The notes under the pieces: model-generated
What the model was told of the DNA's origin: nothing
Seen by the model: only the letters and a program-made list of their open reading frames with translations
Database searches by the model: none
Origin: an uncultured virus (IMG/VR IMGVR_UViG_3300020048_000034)
Taxonomy: Duplodnaviria; Heunggongvirae; Uroviricota; Caudoviricetes
Direction: 5' to 3' (one strand)
DNA: 64,000 nucleotides
IMG/VR virus record: IMGVR_UViG_3300020048_000034
Translations under genes and position numbers: made by a program
Shown here: positions 60,377 through 64,000 of the stretch, one piece after another
How the letters are laid out: every line of letters starts with the position of its first letter
Position numbering within the stretch: the first letter of the stretch is position 1

Positions 60377-62362
60377 TTAATCTGGTATCAACTGAACTGT
60401 AGTAGTAAATCCATTACTAGAGCTTATTGTACCATTAATGGGTGAAGTTTTATAATAACTTCCCAAAACTGATTTTCGTACTCTTCCAGTAATAGGTTGA
60501 TCAGAAATTAATGATCTAGAATCAGAAATTAATCCATTACTATCTGTTTCACCCTCAATTATAACTGTAGTTGCTTTTATTGTACCAGTAGCTGGAGTTG
60601 ATACTGCATCACTAATTGTGAATGAATAAGAATTTGCACTTATATAAGTAATAGTTTTAATTCCATTATATTCTGGTTGTGTTGCCCCAGATATTTGTAC
60701 TTTAGCTCCAGTTGAATAACCGTGAGAGGTATGAGTTACTGTTGCAGTAGTACTAGTTCTACTGATTGTTACAGTTACATTATAAGGAAGTGATCCACCT
60801 GTATAAGCTAATACTAAAACTCTAGCACTTTGAATATTTGAAAGGGTTACTGCATCTATAACTTTAATCGTAGTAGTTACTGAAGCAGTTGACAAAATAG
60901 TTGTAGCATTAGTACCATTTCTAATAGATAATGTTCCAGTAATATTAGAAACATTTAATATTACAGTTCCTCCAGAATTATTATACAATACTTCATTTCC
61001 AGTTGATCCACTAGAACTAGCATATCCGGTTATTATATCTATAACTTTAATTATAGTAGTTACTGAAGCAGTTAATAGAATAGTTGTAGCATTAGTACCA
61101 TTTCTAACTGAGAGAACCCCAGTTACATTAGAAACATTTAATGTAACAGTTCCTCCCGAATTATTATATAATACTTCATTTCCAGTTGATCCATTTACTG
61201 TTGCATAATTTGTAAAAGAATTACCTGTAAAATTATATGTATTACCAGCACATGAGGAGGATAATTCAATAGCATGTTTTGTACCACTAGAAATAAAGGT
61301 ACAATTAGATATATTAGAGGGATTATTACTTAATAATGTTTTAACTGTGTCTGTAGTTGAGTCAAAAATACATTTAGAAAATATACTACTATTTTGAGTA
61401 ATCAATTTACAACTTCTAAAGGTAGTATTTGTAATTGTACTATTTGAAGCAAATCCAAAGGTTCCCATATTAATAAAGAAACAACTTAATATGTTCTGAG
61501 TAGCATTATCAGTTGTTACCCAATTACCAGGAGAAGCTGTACCTAATGCAGAAATAGTTATTGCTGTCAAATCAATTCTACTAGTACTTTGTCTAACTTC
61601 AAATCCATTAAAATTAGATGAAACTCTTCTGGTATTATCTATAATTATATTTTTATTACTATCTCTAAAATCTACTGCTGATCCATATCCAAATATAATT
61701 AAACCTTTAGATAAGTAACTTCCATTTACTGCTTGAAGTAAGCCCCACCTATTAATTTGTAAATCATTAACTGCTGAAAATCCATCAAAAGTAGCATATC
61801 CATTTGCTAAATCTCCACCAGAAAGTCTAGACTCACATCTTCCATATCTAACACAATCAACACCATAAGGATTACCTTTAGTTGGTACTCCTGTAGTAGC
61901 ATTATAAGCCCAACCTAAATATCTTCTTGTAGAAGTAGGAGAACCTACTGTATAATCAGGTGTTTGTGATGGGTCACAAGCAATATTTATCCAACCTCCA
62001 TAGGTGTATGTATCCACACCACCTATCTTCCATCCATAAAAAGCATTTAAAGCACTTCCTACCACAAATCTAATTCCACCATTAGTTTCAGTGTAAAGAC
62101 AATTAGGAGCATCCCATTTCAACCATAGAAGTATTGCCCCATCAGTAGGAATGGTTAAACTTGTAGCATCATATAATAATCCACCAACTCCAGATTTAAC
62201 TGTAGCTGAGTTACAAGCAGAACCTTGAATATAATAATCAGTTTCACCTCCAGTTACTGAATTTATTGAAGTCCATCCAGTAGCAGTTGGTTCTGCCCAA
62301 CCAGTAGCAGTTTGACAATCATGTATTAATATTAAATCAGTTGTGTATGATGGGGCAGCCAT
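60377..62362 (-). CDS. putative virion protein: beta-helix region, 61-aa internal duplication, FCCH-like (HGY.TG..V.ISG...EYNG) module
   Basis: S/T/G/N-rich; modules typical of phage tail-associated proteins. Confidence 0.6.
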   Translation of the reverse strand: MAAPSYTTDLILIHDCQTATGWAEPTATGWTSINSVTGGETDYYIQGSACNSATVKSGVGGLLYDATSLTIPTDGAILLWLKWDAPNCLYTETNGGIRFVVGSALNAFYGWKIGGVDTYTYGGWINIACDPSQTPDYTVGSPTSTRRYLGWAYNATTGVPTKGNPYGVDCVRYGRCESRLSGGDLANGYATFDGFSAVNDLQINRWGLLQAVNGSYLSKGLIIFGYGSAVDFRDSNKNIIIDNTRRVSSNFNGFEVRQSTSRIDLTAITISALGTASPGNWVTTDNATQNILSCFFINMGTFGFASNSTITNTTFRSCKLITQNSSIFSKCIFDSTTDTVKTLLSNNPSNISNCTFISSGTKHAIELSSSCAGNTYNFTGNSFTNYATVNGSTGNEVLYNNSGGTVTLNVSNVTGVLSVRNGTNATTILLTASVTTIIKVIDIITGYASSSGSTGNEVLYNNSGGTVILNVSNITGTLSIRNGTNATTILSTASVTTTIKVIDAVTLSNIQSARVLVLAYTGGSLPYNVTVTISRTSTTATVTHTSHGYSTGAKVQISGATQPEYNGIKTITYISANSYSFTISDAVSTPATGTIKATTVIIEGETDSNGLISDSRSLISDQPITGRVRKSVLGSYYKTSPINGTISSSNGFTTTVQLIPD

Positions 62363-62807
62363 TATTCTTACCTCTAAGCAAATCCCGGTAGTATAGAATT
62401 GAATTTAGTACATTTTCTTTTGTTTGACCTCTAGGTATAAAAAATTGTTCTAGTTTATAGTTATTTCTAATTACCACTGCATAATTAGTTTGCACCATTT
62501 CATTTATTAACTTTAAAATTAATCTATCTTTCCAAGAATCGGGGTATTTTGGATCCACTAAAGCTATAAAGATTGGATTAACTGGAAGTTTTTCAAATAT
62601 AATATGACATATATTAGGCTTTAATTCAATACTTAAATTATACTCTAACCATGCACATTTAAAATTTCTACAAGATATAGGTCTATTATTGTAGATTAAA
62701 CAATTTAATTTACAATATATACAATTTTTATTGATAGGTTTGTTTAATTCCGGAACTTCCAACAATGTACAACAAAGAATACATTCAGAACAAGTATTTT
62801 TATCCAT
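62337..62807 (-). CDS. YkgJ-like CxxCxxCC cysteine-cluster protein
   Basis: CSECILCC...C.YC...C.IY..RP.SC..F.CAWL. Confidence 0.8.
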   Translation of the reverse strand: MDKNTCSECILCCTLLEVPELNKPINKNCIYCKLNCLIYNNRPISCRNFKCAWLEYNLSIELKPNICHIIFEKLPVNPIFIALVDPKYPDSWKDRLILKLINEMVQTNYAVVIRNNYKLEQFFIPRGQTKENVLNSILYYRDLLRGKNNGCPIIHN

Positions 62808-62829
62808 TTTTTAATATTTATTAAGAGGT

Positions 62830-62872
62830 TTAAAATAGAGAACTATCTATTTCTAAATAGTTCTCTATTTTA
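62830..62872 (-). terminator. hairpin terminator
   Basis: AAAATAGAGAACTAT..ATAGTTCTCTATTTT. Confidence 0.6.
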
Positions 62873-62881
62873 ATAATTTAA

Positions 62882-64000
62882 TTATGCATCAGTGATTCGT
62901 GATGCAACAGCACTTCCACCAGCAGAACCCAACATAGCTGGGGATTCGAAAGTTTTAATAGGTGTTGAACCACCATCTCTAACTCTAACAAACAAGTTTC
63001 TTGCACTACTAAAGATAGTTGTAAATGACTCGAAGTTATCCGCTGCTATTGTATCAATATAAGTAATCATTAAATTATTATTAGCAGTAGCAATATTATC
63101 TCCAGAAAAATCAGTTGATGCAATAGTAAATGTATCAGTTGCCCATGAAGTATAGACAATTTTTCTATATACCCCACTATCTAATTGAACACGAATTGTT
63201 CCAGTTGAGGGTGTATCTGCTGGTATATTTGTATTACATGCAATTGATGTAACTGTTGCCCCATCTAATGTTGTTTTAACAGTTAATTGATCAAACTTAA
63301 AGTTGTTGCCAGTATCTTTTGGTCCAACTAAAATATAATCTTCACTTGCAACTAGACCAGATACAGTAAACACAACATTGTTTGGCGGAATTTGTGTTAC
63401 ACCATTCAAATCCTGAATAGTATCAGATGAAGTTAAATCACTAGCTTTCACACCAATACCAAATGCACCAATCAGTGTACCAGTATATGATCCAAGAAAT
63501 ACTTTAGGAACAGTTCTAGAAACCACTGATCCAGATACTTCACACATTATTGCACCACTACTAATAGTCATACCAGTAATAGGAGCTACTCCAGTGAGTA
63601 ACTGTACCCACATTGTACCTGTATCTCCATCATCCTTTAAAGCTATCAACAAAGCTGTTCCTGCTGTTAATCCACTTCCCCAAGAAATGATAGAGTTTTG
63701 AACAAATGGACCATCAACTTCATTATCATAAGCCCACTGATGTGTTACACCTAAGAAAAGTTCACCATTAATTCCGTGAATAGTTTTTGCTGTTCCAGAA
63801 CGAACAACATCTTTAACATATTCCCAGATACTTTTTAATTTATCGCCAGTAGTATTATCACCATAAGACCAAAGTGAATAATATGGTTGTAAACCATTAC
63901 CATTATTCAAATTAATTGTCTGATAACCTTCGGCATTAGTTACATGAGTGTAAGCTGTAACTGTAGCTTGAAGAGAGTTGTTCTGAGCATCAGGAGTAGT
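62882..64000 (-). CDS. putative virion structural protein, 5' part beyond window edge
   Basis: Frame stays open from 63910 to 64000 (TTPDAQNNSLQATVTAY...); T/G/S-rich. Confidence 0.7.
   Translation of the reverse strand, partial: TTPDAQNNSLQATVTAYTHVTNAEGYQTINLNNGNGLQPYYSLWSYGDNTTGDKLKSIWEYVKDVVRSGTAKTIHGINGELFLGVTHQWAYDNEVDGPFVQNSIISWGSGLTAGTALLIALKDDGDTGTMWVQLLTGVAPITGMTISSGAIMCEVSGSVVSRTVPKVFLGSYTGTLIGAFGIGVKASDLTSSDTIQDLNGVTQIPPNNVVFTVSGLVASEDYILVGPKDTGNNFKFDQLTVKTTLDGATVTSIACNTNIPADTPSTGTIRVQLDSGVYRKIVYTSWATDTFTIASTDFSGDNIATANNNLMITYIDTIAADNFESFTTIFSSARNLFVRVRDGGSTPIKTFESPAMLGSAGGSAVASRITDA

Noticed and set aside
1..64000. tRNA/rRNA genes, integrase or att sites
   Set aside because: No cloverleaf/T-arm (GTTCGA) context, rRNA-like stretch or recombinase motif was seen by eye; tRNAscan-SE would be needed to exclude tRNAs formally.

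Overview
AT-rich, gene-dense segment that looks like a large (jumbo-type) tailed phage genome; no capsid, terminase or polymerase gene lies in the window, so this assignment is an inference. The left ~40.1 kb is a + strand early/accessory region of ~95 mostly small ORFs, driven by ~17 near-consensus sigma70-type promoters (TTGACA-N17-TAnnnT with extended -10 TG). It is sprinkled with ~30 copies of an asymmetric motif, CAG[G/A]AAATCGAC, densest in a cassette-like block at 31.5-34.6 kb. Recognisable items there include an intact IscB/omegaRNA element inserted in a small gene, DUF488, GNAT, radical SAM, CYTH plus AAA_28 P-loop, an AcrIII-1/DUF1874-like protein with His->Tyr, a frameshifted GHKL-HEXXH protein and a degenerate ATP-dependent ligase. 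The right ~23.7 kb is a convergent - strand, probably late/virion, region with an HxH-repeat fibre, a 1435-aa SNF2 ATPase, neck-like and fibre-like proteins, and seven tandem K/R/H-rich protamine/H1-like genes. The most unusual signals are the basic-protein array, a Tudor/SH3-like domain repeated 9 times in 7 early genes, block-charged disordered tails and the SNF2 ATPase, which together suggest (hypothesis only) a phage genome condensation/decondensation toolkit, plus the operator/stoperator-like motif system. Two tiny mobile-element-like inserts (45 bp and 219 bp) each supply a gene's stop codon. All family calls come from motif reading, not database searches.
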